This document shows, piece after piece, positions 54,752 through 64,000 of a DNA stretch of 64,000 nucleotides. This stretch comes from Balanoglossus misakiensis (taxonomy: Eukaryota > Animalia > Hemichordata). Location: contig JBECUI020000033.1 of NCBI GenBank assembly GCA_040954595.2, positions 124,001 through 188,000 on the forward strand, written 5' to 3'. Numbering within the stretch: position 1 is the first letter of the stretch; the number at the start of each line of letters is the position of its first letter. The notes below the pieces were generated by a model. It did no database searches, was not told where the DNA came from, and saw only the letters and a list, made by a program, of their open reading frames with translations. Both the position numbers and the translations under genes were made by a program.

Positions 54752-55983
54752 GGATTAGAATCGGGTCTTTCTGAAAGAATAATATCTAGGGTAATTTCTC
54801 TGTTGCCCCGTAGAAGTTTAATATTGATACTATCCCCGGGGCGGGTACGTTCTAAGGCCGCATAAAGCTCCCCTAGAGTAAAGACCTTTTCTCCTCCGAT
54901 GGCAGTAATAATATCTCCCCCAAGATAGATGACGCTGTTTCCTGACCGTACCGCCCTATCCTTGGTCCCGCCCCGAATGCCCGCCCTGGCGGCATTGCCC
55001 TCTGGCGTTACCTGCGAAACCAAGATTCCTTGTGAGACAGAAATCCCAGCATAGCGCACCAGGGAAGGGAACAATTGGACAGGCTCAATGTCAATCCAGC
55101 CACGAACCACATGACCATAAGCAATCAAATCAGGTACCACCCGTTTAGCAGTATCCGCCGGAACAGCAAAACCAATACCTATAGAGCCGCCCGAAGGGGA
55201 ATAGATTAAGGTATTAACGCCAATCATCTCGCCTCTTGTATTAATCAGGGGCCCCCCGGAATTTCCGGGATTAATAGAAGCATCGGTTTGGATAAGGTCC
55301 TGGAAAATCAACCCCTTAGTGTTTTTAAGTGGACGTCCCAGCCCGGAAATAATGCCTGTGGTCAGAGTTCTCTCAAAGGCAAAGGGATTCCCTATGGCTA
55401 GAACCTTCTGACCCACCTTCAGGTCCATAGGGCTTCCCAGGGGAATGGTCACTAACTCCTTGCCCTGAGGATCAAACTTTATGACCGTCAGATCCGTTTC
55501 GGGATCTACCCCGATAACCTCACCTTCGTACTGATCCCCATCAGCCAGGGTAATGCTGACTTTATAAGCATTCTCCACCACATGGTGATTGGTGAGAATA
55601 TAGCCCCTACTATCAATAATCGATCCTGATCCCGAGGTGCCCTCCCGGGGGACAGGCTCTAAAAACCACGTGTAACTGACTACCTCGGTGGTTATGTTGA
55701 CCACTCCCTCATTGAGTTTGTCGTAGAGTTCGATGTTGAGCTTTTCCGCCTCAAACATCCCCCCCTCTGGATTGACCGCTGCCAGAGAAGTATTAGCAGG
55801 ATTAATCATCGGCTGCCAGGACGGCAGTTCTCCTTCTTCCTGAATCGATGAGATTTCTCGAACACCCTTCTCTCCAATTCCCTTAAAAGTGGGAATAAGC
55901 CCAAACCCCATAAGCAGAAGAAGTGCTGCCAGGACACTGAAAACACTATAAAAAATAACATGACGGCGACGATACAGTTTCAT
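54748..55983 (-). CDS. HtrA/DegP-like S1C serine protease with one PDZ domain
   Basis: GSGSII, TNHHV, TDLTV, INPGNSGGPL, N-terminal TM anchor. Confidence 0.93.
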   Translation of the reverse strand: MKLYRRRHVIFYSVFSVLAALLLLMGFGLIPTFKGIGEKGVREISSIQEEGELPSWQPMINPANTSLAAVNPEGGMFEAEKLNIELYDKLNEGVVNITTEVVSYTWFLEPVPREGTSGSGSIIDSRGYILTNHHVVENAYKVSITLADGDQYEGEVIGVDPETDLTVIKFDPQGKELVTIPLGSPMDLKVGQKVLAIGNPFAFERTLTTGIISGLGRPLKNTKGLIFQDLIQTDASINPGNSGGPLINTRGEMIGVNTLIYSPSGGSIGIGFAVPADTAKRVVPDLIAYGHVVRGWIDIEPVQLFPSLVRYAGISVSQGILVSQVTPEGNAARAGIRGGTKDRAVRSGNSVIYLGGDIITAIGGEKVFTLGELYAALERTRPGDSINIKLLRGNREITLDIILSERPDSNP

Positions 55984-56060
55984 ATAATAAAGTATATAAG
56001 GATTGCGTGGAGCTGCCCACCCTAGGTACACTTCACAATAGCCTTTTTCCGAAATAGATT

Positions 56061-56248
56061 ATTCCGAAAATCCACCCAGGAAATGTCTGTAAACCTTCAT
56101 AATGCCGACGTTGTCAAGCTTCCAGCAGATCAACTCCAACCATGCTCGTGTGGTCATTCAGCCCCGCTCGGACATAGCCACCCTCACAACACGATGACAG
56201 GCCTTGGAAGTAATACCAAGACTACGCCGTTGTGAAAAAAGAGTCTCC
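56061..56248 (-). pseudogene. Decayed duplicate of the comM 3' end
   Basis: ETLFSQRRSLGITSKACHRVVRVAMS versus ComM ETLFVEAARSLGLSSRACHSVLRVAMT. DNA is colinear with 59239-59428 down to ATTCCGAAAATCCA. Confidence 0.85.
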
Positions 56249-56804
56249 TTGAGATAGGGAGAATAGTCGCTGTAGGTTGGGGAGAAGTCTATCTTGCTGA
56301 TACTGAAGATGAGGACTTTGATGTTATTGAAGGAATTTGAAAAACCGGGGTGATTTGTCAACATTTGTTAAGGATTGCGAGAGCCGCAGAAACTGCCTCA
56401 CATCGAGCAGCATCGGAAACTTCAAGGGTTCCCCACCGTGAAGTTCCAAAAGCGGTGAGTCTTTCCTTCTGAATTTTCTATGATCCAGAGATATTCTTTC
56501 AGGCAACAAAGAAACTTCAGGACGAATGGCTCATAAGAATCAAGAACTTCGATCCAATACACGCCTAGCATATAATCCAATGCAGAGATTGGAATAATAT
56601 CCACGAAATGGCTTCAGGAGAAACTCCTATTATAAAACTTTCTCCTTTTGATACCAATTCCCGCTTTTCTCCTAAGGTCTTACACAACTCCGATAAGTGC
56701 ATCACTTAAGACAACCCCAAGCAAATTTCCTTGATTTTTAGAACAATTTTCAGTATTTAGTATAAGTCATGGTAGAAATTCAGCCCACTTAAGGAAGAGC
56801 CTTT

Positions 56805-57305
56805 ATGCAAAATAAACTATTACCTAAGCAGGCGGACAATAACTACAGCTTTCACAAGGCCATTCTGTATATATTCGGGGCGATGACATTGCTTACCATA
56901 GGCAGAAGCTTGGCCCACATTTTTCTACCTGACGGTGGTGCCAACTCCATAGCCACCATCATCAACTTCGACGGGAATCCTGACCCCGATACTGTCATCT
57001 ATAATATTTTTGCCCTCTGGGGCCTGGCCCAGCTGGCTATGGGGGTAGTGTATGCGATTGTACTTTTTCGCTATAAAAATCTGATTCCCCTGATGTGGGT
57101 TTTCATTCTGGTGGAGTACCTCCTGAGGGTATTCATAGGAAAGGCTCTTAAACCTATGGGCGAGGCCTATCTTCTCGGAACGGCTCCAGGTGAAGTGGGA
57201 AATTATATTTTTGTTCCTCTGGCTTTGATCATGATTATTTGGTCACGTGCAGGAAAACCCAGGGTACCCCGATCCCCCCCGAGCCCCCATGCGTCAAACT
57301 CTTAG
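56805..57305 (+). CDS. Hypothetical membrane protein; C-terminus runs into the repeat array
   Basis: 166 aa with about 4 TM segments. The tail PRSPPSPHASNS is encoded by array sequence. Confidence 0.75.
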   Translation: MQNKLLPKQADNNYSFHKAILYIFGAMTLLTIGRSLAHIFLPDGGANSIATIINFDGNPDPDTVIYNIFALWGLAQLAMGVVYAIVLFRYKNLIPLMWVFILVEYLLRVFIGKALKPMGEAYLLGTAPGEVGNYIFVPLALIMIIWSRAGKPRVPRSPPSPHASNS

Positions 57306-58313
57306 ATGAACAGAAGAATCTCCTTTTTCAAGGGGATATCACAGGCATAGGTAGAATAGCCGCCCAGGGCACCCCGAGCCCCTATGCGTCAAACCCTTAG
57401 ATGAACAGAAGAATCTCCTTTTTCAAGTAAATATCACAGGCAAAGGTAGCATCCCCCCCGAGCCCCCCCCAGGCCCCCATGCGTCAAACCCTTAAATGAA
57501 CAGAAGAATCTCCATATTCAAGTAAATATCACAGGCAAAGATAGCATCCCCCCCGACCCCCCCCCCAGGCCCCCACGCGTCAAACCCTTAAATGAACAGA
57601 AGAATCTCCATATTCAAGTAAATATCACAGGCAAAGGTAGCATCCCCCCCAAGCCCCCCCCGACCCCCCACGCGTCAAACCCTTAAATGAACAGAAGAAT
57701 CTCCATATTCAAGTAAATATCACAGGCAAAGGTAGCATCCCCCCCAAGCCCCCCCCGAGCCCCCATGCGTCAAACCCTTAAATGAACAGAAGAATCTCCA
57801 TATTCAAGTAAATATCACAGGTAAAGGTAGCATCCCCCCCGGCCCCCCCCAGGCCCCCATGCGTCAAACCCTTAGATGAACAGAAGAATCTCCATATTCA
57901 AGTAAATATCACAGGCAAAGATAGAATCCCCCCCGAGCCCCCCCCCGATCCCCCACGCGTCAAACCCTTAAATGAACAGAAGAATCTCCATATTCAAGTA
58001 AATATCACAGGCAAAGATAGAATCCCCCCCGAGCCCCCCCCCGATCCCCCACGCGTCAAACCCTTAAATGAACAGAAGAATCTCCATATTCAAGTAAATA
58101 TCACAGGCAAAGGTAGCATCCCCCCCGCCCCCCCAGGCCCCCATGCGTCAAACCCTTAAATGAACAGAAGAATCTCCATATTCAAGTAAATATCACAGGC
58201 AAAGGTAGCATCCCCCCCGAGCCCCCCCCAGGCCCCCATGCGTCAAACCCTTAAATGAACAGAAGAATCTCCTTTTTCAAGTAAATATCACAGGCAAAGA
58301 TATCCCCCCCCCC
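57271..58313 (+). repeat. Tandem array B, ~95 bp unit (92-96), 11 copies, poly-C tracts
   Basis: GCGTCAAACCCTTAAATGAACAGAAGAATCTCCATATTCAAGTAAATATCACAGGCAAAGGTAGCAT plus three C-runs. Cores at 57306, 57401, 57496, 57592, 57687, 57782, 57876, 57972, 58068, 58160, 58255. Confidence 0.98.
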
Positions 58314-58525
58314 ATCATACCCAACGAACCAGACTTCTTTACTAACGAATATGTCCATGTTAAAAAAATTGAAGAACTGTAATATTGACAAGAGACCCAA
58401 TACTGATAACGATATTGTATTAAATTCTGTAGAAAAATTATCGGAAATCGAAATAGTTGACTATGGGCGCAAATTCATCATGGTTCTGCCTTGGACCCTG
58501 ATGAGTACTTTGATAAAGGGGACTG

Positions 58526-58858
58526 ATGAAATCAAAAATCTTGGGGATTGTAATCGGTTTAATTCAAATCTTCGACATTGCCATTCACGTTGCAGGCGGC
58601 CAGGCAGAAAGTCTCCGTATTAGCTCAAATATCATTATTCTAACCGGGCAGGCATTGTTGGTAATTCTCAAAACAAAAACCGTGTTATTCACTGCCAGCA
58701 TGATAAGCTTATACCTCATCTTAAACACAGTTTTCCTAATCCTGGAGGGTCCGATCAACGCCCATACAGGTGGACCGAGAACTATACTGTTTCTTTTGGT
58801 AGCAGCAACCACGGTAATCTCCTCAATACAGCTTTTCAAGATAAGGGTAAGTTCATAA
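58526..58858 (+). CDS. Small hypothetical membrane protein
   Basis: 110 aa, about 4 hydrophobic helices, AAGGGG RBS. Confidence 0.7.
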   Translation: MKSKILGIVIGLIQIFDIAIHVAGGQAESLRISSNIIILTGQALLVILKTKTVLFTASMISLYLILNTVFLILEGPINAHTGGPRTILFLLVAATTVISSIQLFKIRVSS

Positions 58859-59235
58859 CTGCCCAATACAGGCATGCCTCAACACAGCAATCTGGAGACA
58901 AGAATATGAAGAATGTCCAGACAAGGAATGTGCTAGCAGGGTCAAATTGACAAAAAAGGAGCCCCAGCACTCCCCCCTACCTAAGGCTCACAAAGAAGAC
59001 CTGGATGTCCTTGCCTCAATAATCCCAAGAAGTCTTCGGGGACTGGCCCTTCATCTTTGTTAAATCCGGCCTCGACCATAAGCCACAACCCTGCCCCCTA
59101 TCAACACCCCAAACCGACCCTCCGCCTTCCTCCTGGGCTTTGGCGGCAAATCTTCCCCAACTTTGTCAGGGGCATCCCAAGCCACACCCCTCCAGAGCCC
59201 TGGCCCCGAAGCTATTATCAAGAGGAAGCAAACAG

Positions 59236-60786
59236 CTAATTCCGAAAATCCAACCAGAAAATATCCTTATCCCCATAACGTCGATGTTGCAAAGCTTCCA
59301 GCACATCATCCCGGACAATGCCCTCACGCTCATCCAGGTCCGCTATAGTCATAGCCACCCTTAAAACGCTATGACAGGCCCTGGAAGAAAGACCAAGACT
59401 ACGAGCCGCTTCAACAAAAAGAGTCTCTGTTTCCCCTGACATCACCAAAAAGCGGGAAAGTTCCCGGGGGGTCGTATGGGCATTGTCCCGTGCTGGACTA
59501 TCGGCATAGCGCCTCCTCTGCCTTTCGACCGCCCCTTTGACCCTCTCTCTCACCACGGCACTCGACTCCCCCGGCTCTGCCAGAAGCCCCAGAGGATCCA
59601 GCGGCCTCACTGGTATACGAACATCCATACGATCCAGAAGAGCCCCCCCCATTTTTTTCCAGTAGCGATAGATCTCCGGCCTGGTACAAACGCAGTGCGA
59701 CTCCTCCCGGCCGAGATTCCCGCAAGGGCAGGGATTAGAAGCCAGAACCAACTGGAAATCGGCAGGATACCACCAGCTTCTCTCTGCCCTAGCCACATCC
59801 ACTCTTCTGGACTCCAGAGGCTCTCTCAGGGCCTGGAGAATACGGGGACTGAACTCCGGAGACTCATCAAGAAAAAGAATACCCCGATGAGCCAACGAAG
59901 CCTCCCCAGGCCGTGCCGAAGTTCCCCCGCCAATAAGCCCCTCCATCGAAGCCGAATGGTGAGGTTCTCTTAGAGGAGGCCGTCGTATCAAGCCCCTCTC
60001 TGGAACCTCCAGACCCACCTGAGAATAAATCCTTGTTACCTCCAGAGCCCCCTTTTCATCCAACTCCGGCAACAAGGAAGGCAAAATGCGGGCGGCCATC
60101 GTCTTACCGCTACCCGGAGGACCAAAAAGAAGAAGATGATGCCCCCCCGCCGCAACAATCTCCAGAATCCTTCGGAGAATGGGTTGTCCCTTCAGTTCCT
60201 TTAAATCCGGCCCTGACCCATAATCCACAGCCTTAATCCTCGGCACTGGAGGCAACTGTACCTCCGGTTTTTCCCCTCGGGCCCAGCGTCGGCAAAGCTC
60301 CCCCATTTCCGTCAGATGCCCAATCCCATAAACCTCTCCCCCCTCCAGAGCCCTGGCCTCGTAGATATTATCATGAGGAACCAAACAACGAAGAATCCCC
60401 GCACTGCGGGCTGCCGCCGTCGCCGAGAGCACCCCCTTTACCGGCCGTACCTCCCCCGTAAGAAGAAGCTCCCCGACGCACAGAAGCGACTCATCCCCCC
60501 CCGTTTCCACCTGTCGGGAAGCCAGAAGAACCCCCAGAGCAATAGGCAAATCATAAGAGGCCCCCTCCTTTCGGACATCCGCCGGAGCCAAATTAACCAG
60601 CAATCTTTCTTGTGGAATAGCAAAACCACTTCGTCTCAACGCTATCCTGACCCGTTCTCTGGCCTCTCGCACTGCCCCATCAGGCAAGCCCACAATATCC
60701 ATTCCGGGAATCCCCCGCCGAATATCAACCTCCACAGAAACAATGCACCCCGAGTACCCTCTTCCGGCATAAGCAACAACCTTCAT
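59236..60786 (-). CDS. comM: YifB/ComM family Mg-chelatase-like AAA ATPase
   Basis: VREARERV, NLAPADVRKEG, GPPGSGKT, PHHSAS, PGEASLAHRG, LFLDE, NPCPCG. Start ATG 60786 after GGAGG. Confidence 0.94.
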   Translation of the reverse strand: MKVVAYAGRGYSGCIVSVEVDIRRGIPGMDIVGLPDGAVREARERVRIALRRSGFAIPQERLLVNLAPADVRKEGASYDLPIALGVLLASRQVETGGDESLLCVGELLLTGEVRPVKGVLSATAAARSAGILRCLVPHDNIYEARALEGGEVYGIGHLTEMGELCRRWARGEKPEVQLPPVPRIKAVDYGSGPDLKELKGQPILRRILEIVAAGGHHLLLFGPPGSGKTMAARILPSLLPELDEKGALEVTRIYSQVGLEVPERGLIRRPPLREPHHSASMEGLIGGGTSARPGEASLAHRGILFLDESPEFSPRILQALREPLESRRVDVARAERSWWYPADFQLVLASNPCPCGNLGREESHCVCTRPEIYRYWKKMGGALLDRMDVRIPVRPLDPLGLLAEPGESSAVVRERVKGAVERQRRRYADSPARDNAHTTPRELSRFLVMSGETETLFVEAARSLGLSSRACHSVLRVAMTIADLDEREGIVRDDVLEALQHRRYGDKDIFWLDFRN

Positions 60787-60859
60787 AAAGCCTCCACTCA
60801 TAATAACTTTCCCAGGCACCCCCAGGCTTCAAGGCAGAACCTTATCAATAAAATATTCT

Positions 60860-60930
60860 GGCGCCCGGGCGGGCTTTCCGGGGCTTTGGTCCTTACGGAC
60901 CGCCTCCGGCGCCCCTCCAATCCCTGGCGC
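60860..60930. repeat. GC-rich REP-like structured element
   Basis: GGCGCCCGGGCGGGCTTTCCGGGGC...GGTCC-TTAC-GGACC...GCCCCTCCAATCCCTGGCGC with nested stems. Resembles small extragenic elements I recall from spirochaete genomes (not verified). Confidence 0.4.
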
Positions 60931-61374
60931 TAGGTCCCCGCCCCCTCTATACTCAAACCGACCCCTCAACCTATCAGGTCCCATCGGTCTCCAATGTCCT
61001 CAAAACCGGACTGGCGGAATACCTCTCGTTCCGTCCCCCACCTTAAGCCCTCAGAAGCGGGGAGGATTGTGGGCGGTACTCAAGACATATGGAGGACCTT
61101 CGAGAACCCAAACGCTCCTGGCAGCAAGCCTGACAGCCGGAGACGTTTTTCCCCTCAGAGCCTCGGAATTACATTTCCCAGACCTTCCTTTTTACTCTTA
61201 TGGATGTCATGGAAAACTCAGCTGAAATGCAGAAATTTCTAACAATTAGAAGGGAGTTGTGATCATGCCATAGGTTTTCTGGTGATTGAATACAATATGC
61301 ATTAAAATAGTACTGTAAAAAAAATACATTGAAGAAATTAAATTAAACATTAATTTCAAAGAGTAGAAGTTTCG

Positions 61375-64000
61375 ATGAATAGAGTGAATGTGATTGTATT
61401 AGCTGTTTTGTTACTTATCACTTTTGGATGCTCAAGCCCCTCCCCACAGCTTTCTGTTGATTATGGAGATATTACCTATCGTGATGAAGGAACAAACATT
61501 ACCATAACTGGCCTTACGGTTCAGGGAAGCAGCAAAACCACCTTAGAAATTCCCTCTAGGATAGAGGATAAACCAGTAACGGCCATAGGGAAAATGGCGT
61601 TTAAAAACGCCAGCATGACTAGCGTAACCATTCCTGACAGTGTGAATACCATTGAGGCGGAGGCCTTTAATTCCGCTCAATCCCTGACCGATGTGCGCAT
61701 TGGGAAAGAACTAACCTCCATAGGCAATCAGGCCTTTGCGGATACGGCCCTGAACAGCCTAAGCATCCTAGCCCTCCAGGCCCCCAGCATCTCCTCGGAT
61801 TTCCAAGAAAGCTTTCCCAGTCTGGAAGCCACTTTGCACTACCCTATAGAGGGAAGGGGTTATGAACTTTCTCCCTGGAAAGATTTTCGGCATACAAAGC
61901 CTATTGTCGACCCTAACATCATAGAAAAAACGGAGCTAGGATATAGGAGTCTCCACCTTACTCTCAGGGCTCCCGTTGGCATTACCATTACCGTAGAAGC
62001 CCACAGCACGGAGAATTTCCAAGATAATCCTGCCATAGCCAAGGCAGCCTCCAACCCGGAGATTGTAGGTTCTCAGGAGCTAAGCCTTACTGATCTGAGC
62101 AACGGAGTCCCCTATTACCTTCACTTTCAGGCAGAAAACTCTAGAGATAAGAGCGAATGGATAGAGATTGCTAACAATCCCTACACTCCCTCTCTGCAGC
62201 ATGCCTTTCAGGTAGAAGGAGTCCAAATCGGCCTTGGGACACTTACCCTCAGTTTCAAGGCTTTCTCTGGAGTTGACATTACTATTGCCACTCATACTCA
62301 ACAAGACTTCTCTGATACAGGAATAAGCTCAACCATAACAGCTTTAGGAGGCTTTGAAGAAAGCAACATAAGCAACCTGATAGGAGGCATGGAATACTAC
62401 CTCCGTGTCCAGGTGGAGACTCTTCAGGGAGAAAAAAGCGAGTGGATAGAGCTTGACTTCAATCCCTATATTCCCCACGTGCTGTATATTATTGATGTCA
62501 TACCCCGCTCAGGTCGGGTAAGCAGCATAGTGGGAGTGCGTGAGGGTGTCGAGGCAAAAATCCAGATTTCCGAAGATGAGAATTTCAGCCCCATCTTCAA
62601 AGAAGCTTCCTTAATAGGCACCAGCAGCCCTCAGACGGTGGAGATTAACGGACTCAGCGATGGGACCTCTTACTACCTTCGCCTCCAGCTGGAGGACGAC
62701 AGTGCTGCAGACCGTTATTCTACTCCCTTTATACCCACCGCTGACGGTATGCAGCATATTCACCGCCTGAGCGAGTTGGCCAAAATCGGAAAAGATGAGA
62801 ACTATCCTGCCCAATGGCACTACGAATTGATGTCGGACCTTGACTTTGCCGATGCCGACAATAACGGAAATCCGAACGATCTCTACGACAGTGACAACAA
62901 TAGGGAAAACGGGAATTGGAATCCTCTGACCATAGGGAACTACGACTCCAACGACACCTACCTCGATGGTGGTTTCAGCGGTAGTTTTAACGGAGGAGCT
63001 CACAGCATTACTGGCATGACCATTCTGAGTCCTGGGAGCGGTGGAGTCGCTTTTTTCGGAACTTTGGCGGATGGGGGAGAAATCAAGGACCTCGGTTTAG
63101 AAGAAGTGTCTGTCACGGGTGGGCTGTATGTAGGCAGCTTGGTTGGACACAATTACAAGGGTACGATAAGTCGCAGCCATGCTGTTGGAACTATCATAGG
63201 GCAGAACAGGGTAGGTGGACTGGTTGGCAGGAATGACGGTAGCCTAGAGGGCAGTCATGCCAACGTGACCCTCTCGGGGAATGGAGACATGATAGGCGGT
63301 TTAGTCGGAACGGATTCCGGTGACATAAGCAATAGTTATGCCACGGGAAATGTCACAAGTAATAATTCCTATATAGGTGGTTTGGTAGGATACAGTGATG
63401 CCACCATAAGCAATAGTTATGCCACCGGAGATGTCTTTGGGGAAGGCAATAACGTAGGTGGTCTGGCTGGGTATTTGAGAAGAGGCATAATCAGCAGCAG
63501 CTATGCCACTGGTGCTGTTCTTGGCTTGAATGAGTCTACAGGTGGCCTGATTGGAGAAATTAGTGCAGGAGGTATTGTAGAGTACTGCTACGCAACTGGT
63601 GGCATCAGAGGACGGCTGTATACAGGTGGCTTAATTGGGTACAACAGCGGTGATATAATCAACAGCTATGCCATAGGAGAAGTTACGGGGGATCAGCACA
63701 CAGGCGGCTTGGTTGGAGGGAATTACAAAGTTATAACGAACAGCTTCGCTTCTGGAAATATCATAGGAATGAGCAACCTAGGCGGCTTGGTCGGAACGGT
63801 ATCGGGAAACCCTGCTGTTATCAGGAATAGCTACCGTTACACAAACCAGATTATCAACTTTTCTGAAGTCGAAGGCATCCTTCCCAATACCTTTGGAAGT
63901 ACGGTCACCCTTTCCGAGTTAAAAACTCTGCGTTGGTATACGAACAACCTGAGTTGGGGTCACAATTGGCGCATTGACGGTTTGGTAAATGGCTCCCTCC
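61375..64000 (+). CDS. Large surface lipoprotein: BspA-type LRR, Fn3-like repeats and GLUG repeats (3' end outside window)
   Basis: Absent from the ORF track because there is no stop in the window. Manual translation: MNRVNVIVLAVLLLITFGC lipobox, VTAIGKMAF...SVTIPDSVNTIEAEAF, three LxxGxxYYLxxQxE repeats, many VGGLVG/SYATG repeats. Confidence 0.9.
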   Translation, partial: MNRVNVIVLAVLLLITFGCSSPSPQLSVDYGDITYRDEGTNITITGLTVQGSSKTTLEIPSRIEDKPVTAIGKMAFKNASMTSVTIPDSVNTIEAEAFNSAQSLTDVRIGKELTSIGNQAFADTALNSLSILALQAPSISSDFQESFPSLEATLHYPIEGRGYELSPWKDFRHTKPIVDPNIIEKTELGYRSLHLTLRAPVGITITVEAHSTENFQDNPAIAKAASNPEIVGSQELSLTDLSNGVPYYLHFQAENSRDKSEWIEIANNPYTPSLQHAFQVEGVQIGLGTLTLSFKAFSGVDITIATHTQQDFSDTGISSTITALGGFEESNISNLIGGMEYYLRVQVETLQGEKSEWIELDFNPYIPHVLYIIDVIPRSGRVSSIVGVREGVEAKIQISEDENFSPIFKEASLIGTSSPQTVEINGLSDGTSYYLRLQLEDDSAADRYSTPFIPTADGMQHIHRLSELAKIGKDENYPAQWHYELMSDLDFADADNNGNPNDLYDSDNNRENGNWNPLTIGNYDSNDTYLDGGFSGSFNGGAHSITGMTILSPGSGGVAFFGTLADGGEIKDLGLEEVSVTGGLYVGSLVGHNYKGTISRSHAVGTIIGQNRVGGLVGRNDGSLEGSHANVTLSGNGDMIGGLVGTDSGDISNSYATGNVTSNNSYIGGLVGYSDATISNSYATGDVFGEGNNVGGLAGYLRRGIISSSYATGAVLGLNESTGGLIGEISAGGIVEYCYATGGIRGRLYTGGLIGYNSGDIINSYAIGEVTGDQHTGGLVGGNYKVITNSFASGNIIGMSNLGGLVGTVSGNPAVIRNSYRYTNQIINFSEVEGILPNTFGSTVTLSELKTLRWYTNNLSWGHNWRIDGLVNGSL

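Noticed and set aside
57271-58313. CRISPR interpretation of array B (conserved block plus variable part)
   Set aside because: The variable parts are only C-run length variants of the same sequence, not acquired spacers.

Overview
Chromosomal window from a bacterium, most likely a spirochaete (judged from lipoprotein signal styles and the lgt/ctpA/PTS-IIA-antiporter/mnmE context). Housekeeping blocks: a DeoR-regulated sugar/2-oxoacid dehydrogenase operon, lgt, ctpA, moaACDE, lnt, tRNA-Arg(CCT), pepT, mnmE, nrdAB, an Fe3+/sugar-phosphate-type ABC transporter, uvrB, an htrA-like protease, comM and a partial LRR/GLUG surface lipoprotein. These alternate with decayed accessory regions that hold three IS256-family relics and several pseudogenes. 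The main unexplained signal is a non-palindromic 22-bp motif, ATGAACAGAAGAATCTCCTTTT. I count its 13-bp core AACAGAAGAATCT 43 times: as 5 isolated, mostly intergenic sites, and as the only shared element of two otherwise unrelated tandem arrays (49-50 bp units at 1-674 and 6610-7246; ~95 bp units at 57271-58313). The two 50-bp arrays are in register across a 5.9-kb insert carrying a PD-(D/E)xK nuclease-like gene. The 95-bp array lies in a ~3-kb insert bounded by a duplicated comM 3' end. Other points: NrdB has class Ic (Mn/Fe, tyrosyl-radical-less) signature residues, mnmE apparently starts at CTG, and lnt has an extra N-terminal module. Many frameshifts fall in short homopolymers and may be assembly errors. 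All counts and alignments were made by eye; no searches were run.
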